60,769 nt of DNA, filler included, from Sphacelaria rigidula (GCA_964200075.2; 5 parts of 5 records of this genome joined end to end with filler, not necessarily neighbours in it); one strand, 5' to 3'. Positions 1 through 12,075 are shown, counted from the whole stretch's first letter. Notes: generated by a model from the sequence alone, not told the origin. A program made the numbers and translations.

Positions 1-4
1 AACA

Positions 5-40
<36 letters not shown>

Positions 41-272
41 CTTTAACAACAACTATGGCATGCATGATCATGAGTACCCCCCCCCCCCCCCCCCTCCGTG
101 GGGGCACGGCGCGCAGCGGCGTGGCACGAAAGTGCCCCCTGCATCTCTGGGAGGTAGGCGTAATGCCTGTAGTGTAGTCAATATCAAAAGGACATATCGT
201 ACGAAATTTGGATCCGGTGTTTACACACAATGACTCCGCAGGAGAAGGTGGGGAGAACAGGTACCGGTAGTT

Positions 273-694
273 ACTACCGGGATTATACAAATTGGGGATG
301 AATATTTTATCGGGGATGAAAACCCGGAGAATTATAATCTTCGTATCCACACCAACTCTTCGAAGTATGCTTCCATTTCTTCACTTGCCGGTAGCTATTG
401 ACAACTACTACACGACATAATATTTTGGATTTCGAAAACCGAAATGTCGGGGTCCTAGGTGAAAAAACGACTTTAGGTGTCCGATCGGACGCCAAAATTG
501 GTTTTTCACCTAAGACCCCGACATTTCGGTTATCGAAATCCCAATTTGTATGGCGTGCAGTAGTTGCCAATAGCTACCAGCAAGTGAAGAAATGGAAGCA
601 TACTTCGAAGATTTGGTGTGGATACGAAGATTTGAATTCTCCGGGTTTTCATCCTCAATAAAAAATTCAGTCCCAATTAGTACCATCCCGTGTT
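273..694. mobile_element. Palindromic MITE, family 1 (AACACGGGAT...ATCCCGTGTT), degenerate left end
   Basis: About 200-bp inverted arms around GTCCGATCGGAC; close match to 59025-59468; flanks AGTT/AGTA, a degenerate 4-bp TSD. Confidence 0.85.
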
Positions 695-861
695 AGTAGC
701 AGTGGGAATTGAATGGCACAGCTGAGTCATACTGTGCAACCCATGGTATCACTGTGTTACACCATTTAACCCAGTGGAAAAAGGTACCGCGGTGAGTTAT
801 ACCATATAGCTCAGCCAGTGGGAAAAATTGAATGCTGTCGCTGAGGTGTACCTTCTTATAA

Positions 862-1345
862 GGTCGCTCCTTATAACAGACAAAAATAAAAATCTGGAAA
901 AATGCCTTTTTGTAGCTTTTACACCGTTTTACGCCTAAAAGGGAGATAGGCGGAGTGTGACACCTCGGCATGACTTGCTCTGCTTGTTGAGGCGGTTCCA
1001 GGACATCTTCTCGTTTTCCGGTGGTTGCAGTTTTTATATTGGCCAAACAAGAATTTTCGTCATGGAGCGGTAAAAAACAGTCAGGTCCAGAGAAAAGTGG
1101 CGATTTTTTCTACATGTGACTGTTTTTTACCAGTCTTGGACAAAAATTCTTGTTTGGCCAAAATGAAAACTGCAGCCACAGGAAAACAGGAAGATGTCCT
1201 GGAACCGCCTCAACTAGTAGAGCAAGTCATTCCAAGGTGTCAAACTCCGCCCAGCTCTCTTCTGGGACGTGAAACGACGTAAAAGCTTCAAAAAGGCACT
1301 TTCCCAGATTTTTATTTCTGTCTGTTATACTCGTGAGGAGCAGCC
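862..1345. mobile_element. PIF/Harbinger-type MITE, family 2
   Basis: Long inverted arms, termini GGTCGCTCC...GGAGCAGCC, 3-bp TSD TAA (859-861 and 1346-1348); other copies at 41880 and 44371. Confidence 0.85.
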
Positions 1346-1487
1346 TAAGTCAAGCAATGGAGAATGGTACCACCGAGTGATACCGTATTACTCAGCGCTG
1401 AGTTATGCTAACGTACGTGAACTCCAGCGAGGGTGGGCTGTGTCGTCCAACATGTGAACGCTCCTCTGCGTGTAAGGTTGGTAAGGG

Positions 1488-1678
1488 CGTGTCTCAGCAC
1501 ATGATTTTCCGCTCGAAAATGTGCGGTGGAAAGGGAAGACTCCGATGTAATACGTCGTGATATCAACGATCATAACCGTCGAAATAAAAGACGATGATGG
1601 TTGAAATCACGACGTATCGGATCAGAGTTTTCTTTTTCCGCCGCCTATTAACGATCGATAAATAATGTGCGTAGACCA
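1488..1678. mobile_element. Short palindromic MITE-like repeat, family 3
   Basis: Imperfect inverted arms; related copy at 4582-4720. Confidence 0.6.
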
Positions 1679-1813
1679 TTTTTCTATGGCAACCGATCCG
1701 TAATTGTACAAATATGAGGATTTCAGCCCGTCTACTTGCGATCTTCTGCTATGGATTGATTTTTCGGACCCCAGTCCGCGACAATGTTTTTCGGCTAGCT
1801 GTGAGAAAAACAG

Positions 1814-1941
1814 ATCAATTCTCCGATTCTCTGGACGGTTACTGTTGGTTCACCACCTCTCTGCTCAGATGCGGGAGTGTCCCGATCTGAGCAGAGAGGT
1901 GGTAAGCCAGGAGTGAACGCCCAGAGAATCGGAGAATTGAT
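1814..1941. repeat. Palindromic (hairpin) repeat; partial second copy at about 2380-2455
   Basis: ATCAATTCTCCGATTCTCTGG...CCAGAGAATCGGAGAATTGAT arms; core GATGCGGGAGTGTCCCGATCT recurs at 2383. Confidence 0.65.
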
Positions 1942-2575
1942 ATGTGTGCAGATTATGTGTTGGACATAGATCTCATACGTGGATTCGCAGGCATGTAGTC
2001 AACCAGCCTGGTAGGAGCCAGTGCGGTTCAGTACGAAATACAAACAGGAACGGTCCGGGAACCAGTACTGTAGCCAGTGCTCAGTCTAGGTCGAACGGCT
2101 CCGCGGCTCCATATTGTAAGCTCTATAGTTGAGGTTTAGGGCTGACATTCAGAGAGCGAAGGTTCAGATAGAGCTCTACACCAGCGGGTGACGTCTGAAT
2201 GAAAAATGAAAAGCATGGCGATGCAGCGCCCCACTCGGGTCAGTCGTCTGCTCAACCCATCAAGATCTCTCGTGACAATGGCCTTGCTCCGCTATAGAAC
2301 GGTGCACTGCGAGGAAGCGCGCCACGGCCACACCAAACACCACCTCACAAGTGCACAATATGTTTGTTGCTAAATCGGGGGAGATGCGGGAGTATCCCGA
2401 TCTAAGCAGAAAGCTGAACCAAAAGTCAACCTCCAGAGAATCGCAGAATAGATCTGGTTTTCTCAAAGCTATCCGAAAAACAATACCAATCGGACTGGGG
2501 TCCGAAAAATAAACCGACAGGAGAAAATCGCCTGTAGACGGGCTGAAATCCTCGTATTTACGGTATACACATATA

Positions 2576-2820
2576 ACAATGTTTTTGTGAGATCAAGAGT
2601 AGAGGATACGACTGAGAGTGAAAAGTGGTCAATCAGTGAATGAATAATTTCAGTTCCGAAATGCCCCTCCACGAGGCCCAATATTTTTTCTGTAGTAACT
2701 TGCCAGTGAGGCGCTTGATATCTCTGAGTAGGATATCGACGTGTAGCTGTGAACACACGGAAATGATAGAGGCAGCAAAGAGCACACACGGAACGAAAGA
2801 TTGACCAAGTTAAAGCGAAT
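2576..2820 (+). repeat. Dispersed repeat shared with about 26408-26655
   Basis: Shared GAGAGTGAAAA...TTTCAGTTCCGAAATGCCCCT...GATATCGACGTGTAG...AAAGCGAATGAC. Confidence 0.7.
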
Positions 2821-3062
2821 GACTAATGCCGAGATGGCCCCTAGGTGCACCGGAGACCGTCCGGCAAACCAGTTGCGATCCCACGATTGGGCTCGTCTGC
2901 AACAATTTCGCCCACATGAGAGGTGTGTACAAGTCCGGAATCAGCTATAACGCCCGAATGAGTCGCGTCGTGCAGCACGAAACCAGCTCTAACGGCATTT
3001 ATGATCATCGCCTCCGTTCACGTTTTTGGCCGGTTCGGGGGTGGGCTATCTCGGCAGCAGTC
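2821..3062. mobile_element. MITE family 4 (TIR GACTNNTGCCGAGATRGCCC)
   Basis: About 20-bp TIRs; reverse-complement homology to 12260-12508. Confidence 0.75.
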
Positions 3063-3411
3063 AGTGGCGGAATGTGAACTATACAAGGAGGAACGGGACG
3101 TGCTAGAGGGGGAAATGCGGGACGTGGACGAAAGTGGAATAAAATCGTTTGGTGCATTAGACAATAGGGGAAAAGCGATGGCTATACTAGGAGATAATTG
3201 GTGACCAGAGAAAACGAAACAGGACCGGGGATAAAATACGTAAAAGTTTCTTGTGTAATGTATGGAAGAAACGTAATGAGCGCCGGAATGTTGTAGGTGT
3301 CTCTATCATGAGTAGGAACGGTACTCCGTTTCGAAAGAGATGCGTGCTCAATAGTTAAACAACTAAGGCAGGCAACAAATGAGTACGCCCCCCCCCCCCC
3401 CCCCCCCCCCC
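3063..3411 (+). mobile_element. LINE 3' end (ORF2 C-terminus) with poly(C) tail
   Basis: Reads ECELYKEERDVLEGEM...AILGD, typical of the LINE C-terminal zinc-knuckle region; ends AAATGAGTACG(C)24; homologous to RT-bearing copy 35684-36423. Confidence 0.8.
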
Positions 3412-3474
3412 GCCCACGAAAGGGGGGACGGCGGTGCGCCCAACACCCAGAGCCACAAAGACANNNNNNNNNNG

Positions 3475-3538
3475 TCAAACGACCAAGGCAAGCAAGAAAT
3501 GAGTACGCCCCCCCCTCCCCCGTCCTCCCCCTCCTCCC
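3475..3538 (+). mobile_element. Second LINE 3' tail (C-rich)
   Basis: CAAACGACCAAGGCAAGCAAGAAATGAGTACG followed by a C-rich tract, just after a 10-N gap. Confidence 0.65.
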
Positions 3539-4581
3539 GTGCCGTCGAGCGGGCTGACGCTGGAGGACATCCCTACTCTAGCCGTTCTGATGTCAACATA
3601 AGGGATTATGACTACGCAGTCGGTACAAGCGTGTACTTGAGCGCACTGCGTCGATGACGATCATATCGGTGGTGGAATCCGTGCGCTCTTGTGACGCCGC
3701 CGGAGCAATAAAATATCTACATGTTCACCGGGCGCCTCTCGCCACATCTCGGACCGCTAAAGGCTTTTATCGACTATGCTAGTGAGGTCATTATATTCAT
3801 GCTAGTCATCTTGCATTTGTGATATATTCTGAACTGTTGAGGGTCGGGCAGGGATTACAGCTCAAGGTTCCGCTGTTTGTGTCCTGATGAGCACACACGC
3901 CCACTACACCAATACCGTGGTAATAGAAGCAACACCAAAGCCGGGGACATACGCTCGGGTTCGGCACCAAGATCTGCCGTCAAAGTCTTTTAGAATAATA
4001 CGCTTGCTGCAGATGCGATTCTTGCCACCAGACAACGCACAACACCGTTCCACGCAGATGTTTTTCACCAGAGCGCGCGCAAACCACTACTCGTCGTGCC
4101 CTGTTATTGGTAGCAACGCCATCACGAGAGCCCTGCTTTACCACACGATATTGCCGTGGTGACGTAAGGGGATTAAAGTACACAGTGCTCTGCGACTCGT
4201 TTGGTATGCGGCTCATCTGAATCACGACCCTCTTTCCCCGGCCACGGAGGTCTGGCGAATGGCAAGCAGCAGCAGCGTCACCGGGCAGAATACTGCTGTC
4301 TCGACTGGACAAATCGAGAGCAGCAGCAGCGCCGTTGGCAACCTTGATTTAGTCTTGAATATCGTCTTGGCAAGCCAAACATGCGCAGACGAGGAGAGCG
4401 GGACGTGCAGTACAGCATTTCTTATAGGTGGTACGCTGTGTGAGGATATGTGTGGGTTGTAATCGTGTAGTCTATGGTACAGCGAGCGACATGAAGGAAA
4501 AACCACGCGGGAAAGCTGCGTGGGCCAATGGGAGTTTTGCAAAAAAAACATCAGGCGCAGAAACACAACAAAATGCATATG

Positions 4582-4720
4582 AGTCTTAGCACAGCATTTT
4601 CAAATCGAAAATGTGCGACGGAAACGGAAAACTCCGATCTGATGGGTCGTAATGTCAACTATCGTAGTTTATTTTGAAGATAGTTGAAATCACGACCCAT
4701 CGGATTGGGTTTTTTGTTCC
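4582..4720. mobile_element. MITE family 3 copy truncated at the start of the Ngaro element
   Basis: Aligns to 1488-1678; right arm stops just before repeat A1. Confidence 0.55.
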
Positions 4721-4727
4721 CTACTGG

Positions 4728-4984
4728 GTGTATTCAGTATGAATACAAGTTTGTGTTGGCGGATGACGAATTATAAGGGATGTACTCTGGCGTACGCCGA
4801 AGTTGAAATAAGATATAGGGGATCGCGTGTCCAAGGCGCAAACGCCGCAGAGTTGGTTCAAGCGGGCGAGACTGGTCTGGTGCAAGAGCACCAAAGAAGC
4901 AGACAGTATCACTCGAGACCAGTTGACCAGTCAGCGACACGCCAGTCTCAGTAGTACAGTAGTCCCTGGCACTTGATCGATTTT
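4728..4984 (+). repeat. Split direct repeat A1
   Basis: Highly similar to 11654-11914 (GTGTATTCAGTATGAATAC...GGCACTTGATCGATTTT). Confidence 0.9.
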
Positions 4985-4988
4985 TACA

Positions 4989-7014
4989 ATGGACAACACA
5001 TCAACATCGGGAGCAGCAGCAGCAGCGGGAGGAGCAGCTTCGCAAAGCCAAGGCTAACACCTCGACAGCACATCAGGAGCTCGAGCAACGGCAGGAGCAA
5101 AAGAGGGAAGGGCCGCAGGAAGGGAACCACGCCGAGCCTCGGCACCACAAGCCGGAGGCACGCACAGCAACCAGATCTCCGTCAACCAGCATGCACGCCC
5201 GCAAGGTAGTGCAGGCCAGTTAAACACTGACGCACCTGCACCCTCCCCACCGCCACTCGGACCCCCACCAAGCCCAAGCGAGTCATCAGACATTCTAGCT
5301 CAAATCCTGCAGGCACAGGCGAAAACGAACATCAACATGGAACAGCAACACCAGCAAAGCCTTCACCGACAGCAGCAACAGAGCCAGTCAATCTCGAACC
5401 TTCAACAGCAGGTACATCTTCTTCAGTACGGACAACCACGACAGGAAGGCGGGGCCGTCCCAGGCGGGGTCGGCCGGCAGCCGGCGGGCGCCGCACAGCA
5501 ACAGCACATGGCGAGGGGAAGAGTAAACGGGGTCTCCCTGGTTGCACCCAGCGCCCCACTGCCGCCACCCATCGGAGGGCCACTACCGCATCACCAACTC
5601 CAACAGTCGCAGCCACATCACCATCATCAACCGCAACAGCAGCAGCAACAGCATCAACCTCAGCAGCACGAGCAGCACCAACAACCGCAGCACCAACATC
5701 AACAACCGCAGCCGCCGCAGCAACAACAGCAACCGCAGCCGGACCAGCACCACCTACAACAACTCCATCAACAGCAACCACAGCAATACCACCAAGCACA
5801 GCCGCAATCCCCGGTCCACCAACTCCTTCAACTTCTCAGTGGTGGGGGAGGGGGTCAGATTCAACAACCCATGCATGCAATGGGAGCAGCCAACGCCGCC
5901 CCCGCCAGTACGAAGAAGGCCGAAGAAAGGCAGGAGAAGCGGGAGATTAACAGCTGGCTCTCGGACGGAAACAAGGCACTCTTCCACATCCTCAGGGGCG
6001 GGGTCTCCATTTCCATTCCCATGTCTGACGCAAATTTGAAACTAAAACTCCGCGACGTGGACGACACCAACCGGGGCATGCTGAGCAATCTCCAGACGTT
6101 GACCGACGTAGACGTCACCAACTTCCGCTCCCCGGCGCCGCCTGGCATAAAAAAGACTACTTTCGCGCTGAGGTCCGTGTCACAACATTCACCAAGGCGC
6201 TGACCATCATCATCAACATCGGCACCACCGACAACGACGGCGGGCGGGATAGGCGAGCCTTCATCACACGAGAACTGACGAGGATGGCGTCGGCGCTGGA
6301 CGCGTATACAGGGAAAAATCACGCCGCTCTACACAGAGACGAGGCGGCCGCCAAAACCCGCATAATCACTGACTTTAACCACGACATCAACGGGTGGCTC
6401 ACAGAATGCAGGGACGCGGGATTGAACCTACGCATGGAGTCTCCCGCCGCCCCACCCGCCAACGAGCAGGGCCCCGCGGCGCCGGTGCCATCGTTCACCC
6501 GTGTGAAAACGCTAACCGTCGACGGCCACCCCAGCAGCCTCATCGGTCGCCAAAACCCCGGGCTCGAGGTAGCAGGCTCACCCGCGCAGCCCGCCCCCAA
6601 GACAGCGTCAAGCGAAAGGCACTCCCCGACGGGGGCACGAGCAACGCGGTCAAACGTGTCGCTCCCCGACCCCCGCCGTACCCGCCCCAGTGGCAACACC
6701 TCACGCCACCGAACACCGATTTCAACACGGAACTGACGTCATGGGCCCCGCCGGCGGGCGTCTGCTTACGAGCTTGGCAAGGGCTCACATGCCCACGGGG
6801 GCGCGGCTGCCGCCTCCCGGACCACACCAGCACACATGAAGCCGTCGGAGGCCCTCCCCTCCAGCCGCCAGCGGCGTCCCCGATACCTCCAACAGCCCCG
6901 ACGGCGGCGACGGCAAAACCACCAGCGCCAGCAGCACCGGGGACCGCAGCGAGTACAGTGGCGCGTTTTCCCCACAGCTTCGGCGGAAATGGCGGAGATG
7001 GGCGGGGCACCTGA
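4989..7014 (+). pseudogene. Ngaro ORF1 (gag-like), Q/H-rich with a CCCH-like finger, broken by stops and frameshifts
   Basis: ATG just after A1; fragments 5337-6203, 6284-6736 and 6394-7014; CLRAWQGLTCPRGRGCRLPDH (C-x8-C-x5-C-x4-H). Confidence 0.65.
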
Positions 7015-7305
7015 GGGTGCGGACTCCGCCAGTCGGCGGGGCCTACCAGTTTGAGGAGAGGAGGAGCACCGGTCACGGACTCAGCGAGGTCGGTGGGTAT
7101 CGCCCAGGCCCCCCAACCGGGGTCGGTGGCGGCAAGTTTCTTTCACGGTGAGAGCAAAAGTACCAACCCCCGTAACAATCCATATGCACGCCACAGCGGT
7201 AGACTGCGTAGTTCCATTCCGCATTTTCCACAACCGAAAAAACATTTCATGACCAACCCTACCAAGACGTACTGTAACAAGTAAAGGCCGGCAGGGTATA
7301 CTAGA

Positions 7306-10242
7306 TTGGACGGTAGAGCTCACACGCATGAAATACTCGATGGGACTACCGCTCCGCGCAATGACACGAAAACCAACAATCACATGATCAACGGCCCGCA
7401 CGATCACTGTAACCGGTCGACATTGAGGTACAACGGAAAGCACGAACGCGCACAGGTAAGTCAGCAACAATATCAGGTAATCCACTCGTCCATGACTAAC
7501 GAAAACAACAGTAGTACACGCAGACACCACGCCAACACCACTTCGCACATCCCCACAGACAGGAGACGTGTAGAAGCAGATCCGGCGGTCGGCAGTTACG
7601 CACAGGTAACCCTGAACGTCGGTAGATCAGACAATAACAGAACTCATGCTCCCCGTGAAATTCGAATCACACCCAGTGCAGAAGAAGACCCGGCGTTCGG
7701 CAGTTCCGAAGGAACCCTGAACAACGGCACGTCCATGTTGACGAGCGCAAAGCGTGCAAACTCGATAACCAGTGACTTAAGGGGAGCAAAAGATCATAGA
7801 GGTGCAGAAGAAGACCCGTTGTCTGGCAGTTCCGAGGGAACCCTGGACAACGGCACGTCCATGTTGACGAGCGCAAAGCGTGCACGAGTTCAAAACAGCA
7901 CCCGGTGCACTAACGCAAAACCGTTGACCAATAGTTACACACAGGTAGCCCCAAACAACGGCTCGCACACGTTGACGAATGAGAAGTCCGCAGAGAAAAA
8001 GAACAACACCGATAGTAAGGAGATCATCGGGAGGCAAAATTTCGGGGCGATGAAAAATTCACCTCCAGCTGGGACCACACGCCACCGAAGCCCAACCGGA
8101 CACACAGACAACCCAAGCAAAAACCTCAATACCCGGTGGACACAGCAACAGCGAAAACTCTCAAATACACACATAGACCTAACAGAAATGAAACGCATCA
8201 TCACAGACCTAGCCGCCACCTGCACGAGTCTCGTCCCACTCAACCACGAAAGAATCGGAGATGTAGCAAAGGGGTTCGGCGGCACTCTGGTGTCACCGCC
8301 GATGAACCTCAGAGACGTCCACGAGTATTTCGGAAACCAAAAACACTTCCCTCGGATACCAGAACTCCTGCACATGATTGAGTACGGAGTCCCAATGAAC
8401 ACATCGTCTAGCGTTCCCGATCTTCGAGGAGCCCTGAAATACGGTAATCACCGCAGTATCGAAGAGCACATGCCTCAACTCTGGGAGAAGTTGATTGAGG
8501 ATGTACGAAGGAATAGATGCCTGATGTTTGAAAAAGGGGCGGCGCTCGAAATCAGCGGCCTCAGAGTGGCTCCCCTTGGGGCAGTAGTAACTATCAAAGT
8601 CAGGATTATCAACGGCTCTTCGTTTGACCCCAGCGGACCGAAGGGAGAAAAAGACGGCCTCAACCGGGACACGATTGTGGACGAGGTGCCACAATACCTC
8701 TGCGGAGAGGCACTCCCAAAACTACTGAATGAAATCCTGAAGTTACGTGTCAAGTTTCCGGATAGTAGAATCCTACTCTCAAAGGCGGATGTCTCCAATG
8801 CATTCAGAAATGTCAGGATCGCGCCCGACCAGGCGCAAAACTGCTACTACGTGGTAGACGACTTTATAGTAGCAGACTTTCGGCTCACGTTTGGATGGAC
8901 GCGGTCCCCCGGCCACTGGGGACTCTCCTCACAGGCTGCTGAACATACACACTGCAATACCACAATTCTCGACGCCGTAATACTTGACGAAGGTAGAGCG
9001 ATGATGAAACACGTGACCAAAGTCGAGCCCTGGGAAGAAGGGACACCTACAAAGGTCCCGCCCGACGCTGCTATTCCCCCAGCAACCGGGGGGGGATTCC
9101 ACGACCCCTTTTTCGTTAGCGTGTATGTGGACAACTTTATCCTTGCAAGGGTACAGCATGGCGCGCGAGATAAATCGGCGCTAGTTGCGTCAGCTTCGCT
9201 AGCCTCAGATCACATCAGATTGTTGGGTCCCGGAGAGCCGGGTGAGATACCCATCCTTGCACCTAACAAAAGTACAAACTGGGACATCAGCGTAGATGCG
9301 TTGACATTCACGATCGACACGCACACCATGCGGATAGCGGTCACTCGAGAAAAAGTCGGAGCTATCAAAGAACCGCTGGAGCACGACTGACCCGCCGACA
9401 AGACACGCGCGACCGCGCAAGACGTACTGAGCATAGCTGGGAAACTCTGGAACCTCACGTTCGTTGTAAGACCCGGGGAATACTTATGACAACTACTACG
9501 TCTCACCGACTTACACGTAGCTGCGAAAAAGAAACGTAAGGTGAGACGAACAGTGAACCTTGGCTGGGAGTTTCACGAGGATATCGCCTTTTGGAAATGG
9601 GCTATCGCGGCGAACCTGGTGCATCGCGGGGAATCGCTTAGCGCCCCATTCTTTGCCCACAAAAACGCACCGCATCTCGTAGATACACCTCCGACGCGAG
9701 CCTGGCAGCGGTAGGCGGGTACTGCCCAGAGCTCGGGCTATTCTGGCGGTACTCTTTACCCCATGAGCTCAAATGCAAACTGAAGATAAAAGCAAAAAAC
9801 AAATAGAGAAACCTACGCGATCACCATCAATCTACTAGAACTGTGTAAAATGTTCATGACCGCCTGCGCTATCCAAATGTTCCAGGGCGAAAGGTCCACA
9901 GATAGAGGGGACCCGATCCTGATGCGCGGCGACAACTCGTCGGCTATACACTGGGTAAATAAATGCGGGGGATCAAAAGACAGACGCGCCGCCCTCTTGA
10001 TGCGAATGATGGGTCGCATGGAAGTTGCCACCGGGTGGTTTACTATAGCGAAACACATACCTGGCGTCGAAAACGAACTAGCAGACGGCATCTCGAGATG
10101 GCCGGAGTCGGAGGTGGCCGAGAGGGTAGCATGGTTGACAGGAAATCTCAATTGGAAACGGCTAGAGCTAGGAAATCGAGGCAGAGATATACTCGAATTG
10201 ATTCTGCAAGAAAGACTCCTGGACCACAGCCGAGATGAATAG
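7306..10242 (+). pseudogene. Ngaro reverse transcriptase/RNase H, disrupted
   Basis: RT motifs APLGAV, KADVSNAF, FGWTRSP and YVDN (catalytic YxDD altered); RNase H motifs YTSDAS, INLLEL, GDN and HIPGVENELADGISR; stops at 9388 and about 9487 plus frameshifts. Confidence 0.88.
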
Positions 10243-10286
10243 ATCTGGAACATAATGTCCCGACAAGCAGACTGAAGCCGCGCTGA

Positions 10287-11384
10287 ACTCGTGATACTAT
10301 CGCAGGACAAAAGGGAGGCCCCGCCAGAGACGAGAAGGGCGTTGCAAAGCTAGTAGAAATACTAGCCCACGCGTCAATTAACGCCAGCACAAAAAGCGGG
10401 TACGAGAAAAAGTTCGGAACGTGGTCGGAGTGGAGGGCTCGCCGAGAAAAGCCCGTATATATGTCAAGAACCGACGGCGAGGCTAGCGCGGTCATCGATA
10501 TCCCTGAATTTACTGCGTGGCGGCTTTTTACGCACAAAAACCAGAGGGGGACAGTGCGGGAATATTTGTCAGCGATAAGCTTTTACCACAAGATGCATAC
10601 CGGTTGGGAGTTACCTATGAAACACTGTATGATATCAGTCGTACTCAACGGAGTGGATCGAGCACACGGAAAATCCGAAGTAAGGCCCCGCGTGCGAAAA
10701 CCGCTGACGCTGCCGCTGTTGGTAGAAGGCAGAATGCTAGAGATAGGTACGACACAGAGCCGTGTCACATGGATAAGCCTAGCCCTATCGCATTTTCTTC
10801 TATGCGAGGCCTCCGAAATCTGGGAATACAACGAATGCTCGGTACATCCAGATTTTTGCCTTCGGAGGGGAGACCTCACCTTTTGCAGAGAAAACTCCCA
10901 ACTGATCTGGTCAGACAGGGGCTTGGCCGATAGGGTCGAGGTGCGTTTTAGAGCCTCCAAGGCGGACCAAAAACGGCTGGGGGCGGTGGTATTTCGAACT
11001 AGAGTAGGGGGAAGCGCGCGGGGTGCCGAAAGATCTGAAAACACAGGGACGCTAGAGCTCCTACTCGAGCTGCTTGACTACCACCCAGAGTTGGGGGCAG
11101 AAGCTCCACTGATGCAGACCGTAGGTAAGACCCGATGGGTAGCAGTCATTCGGGCACGCGCGACAAGCGCACTTAGGCAACTAATTTCCAGTGCAGGGAG
11201 GGACCCAACGGAGATTGCACTGCACTCCGGTAGGATCGGGGGAGCAACACACCTACCGGCGCAGGGAGCGTCTCAACTGCAGATTCAGAGGGCGGGGAGG
11301 TGGAATTCGCTGACCTTCATGACGTACGTAAGAGCGGGGGGCGGAGGAGCGAAATTCGTATCGCAGGCACTCACTGGGGAGTAA
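10287..11384 (+). CDS. Tyrosine recombinase of the Ngaro element (probably inactive)
   Basis: Frame open from 10287; SKADQ, HSGRIGGAT and GRWNS...Y motifs; first catalytic Arg region reads FLLCEASE. Confidence 0.85.
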   Translation, partial: TRDTIAGQKGGPARDEKGVAKLVEILAHASINASTKSGYEKKFGTWSEWRARREKPVYMSRTDGEASAVIDIPEFTAWRLFTHKNQRGTVREYLSAISFYHKMHTGWELPMKHCMISVVLNGVDRAHGKSEVRPRVRKPLTLPLLVEGRMLEIGTTQSRVTWISLALSHFLLCEASEIWEYNECSVHPDFCLRRGDLTFCRENSQLIWSDRGLADRVEVRFRASKADQKRLGAVVFRTRVGGSARGAERSENTGTLELLLELLDYHPELGAEAPLMQTVGKTRWVAVIRARATSALRQLISSAGRDPTEIALHSGRIGGATHLPAQGASQLQIQRAGRWNSLTFMTYVRAGGGGAKFVSQALTGE

Positions 11385-11479
11385 AGTACAAGGAAGAGGT
11401 GAAAAAAGTGAAATTCAAGGTGATACAAATTAGGAGAAGGAAAGGGGGAACAACAGATCGGGCTGCCCAATGGGGGTAC

Positions 11480-11546
11480 GAGTGACCTACCGCGAGGGCG
11501 GGCCAATATTAACTACAGTAGTCTCGGGTTAGCCCGATAGTTTCTC
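11480..11546 (+). repeat. Split direct repeat B1 (alignable part)
   Basis: GAGTGACCTACCGCGAGGG...GCCCGATAGTTTC matches 12009-12075. Confidence 0.75.
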
Positions 11547-11653
11547 AACTGCGAGAGCGTGCTTTTTTTTTTGTCTCGCAGTTTTGTTCGTGTTAGTTTT
11601 ACGTCTTTTCTACATCCCAAATAATCCATAATTCTTGAGCCAAAAGCAAATGA

Positions 11654-11914
11654 GTGTATTCAGTATGAATACGAGGTTTGTGTTGGCGGATGACGAATTA
11701 TAAGGGATGTACTCTGGCGTATGCCGAAGTTGAAATAATATATAAGGGTTCGCATGTCCAAGGCGCAAACGCCGCAGAGTTGGTTCAAGCGGGCGAGACT
11801 GGTCTGGTGCAAGAGCACTAAAGAAGCAGACCGTATCACTCGAGACCAGTTGACCAGTCAGCGACAAGCCAGCAGTCTCAGTAGTACAGTAGTCCCTGGC
11901 ACTTGATCGATTTT
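11654..11914 (+). repeat. Split direct repeat A2
   Basis: Copy of A1. Confidence 0.9.
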
Positions 11915-12008
11915 CCCCACCCACCACCATATCGCTCAAGGGAGGGAAGCACCAGGGTGTGGATTATATGGATGAAGTGAAAGGGGGGCGGGGGGGGGGG
12001 GGGGGGAA

Positions 12009-12075
12009 GAGTGACCCACCGCAAGGGGGGGCCCAAATTAACAACAGGGGTCTCGGGGTTGCCCGACAGTTTCCC
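12009..12075 (+). repeat. Split direct repeat B2 (truncated by gap)
   Basis: Copy of B1. Confidence 0.7.

Larger units (their letters stand above)
4728..12075 (+). mobile_element. Ngaro-type (DIRS order) tyrosine-recombinase retrotransposon, decayed
   Basis: Gag-like, RT, RNase H and YR in order, plus split direct repeats A1-ORFs-B1-A2-B2; 3' end cut by the contig end. Confidence 0.9.

Noticed and set aside
307..1457. Paired sense/antisense ORFs with similar peptides (also 44345-44844)
   Set aside because: A by-product of palindromic MITEs
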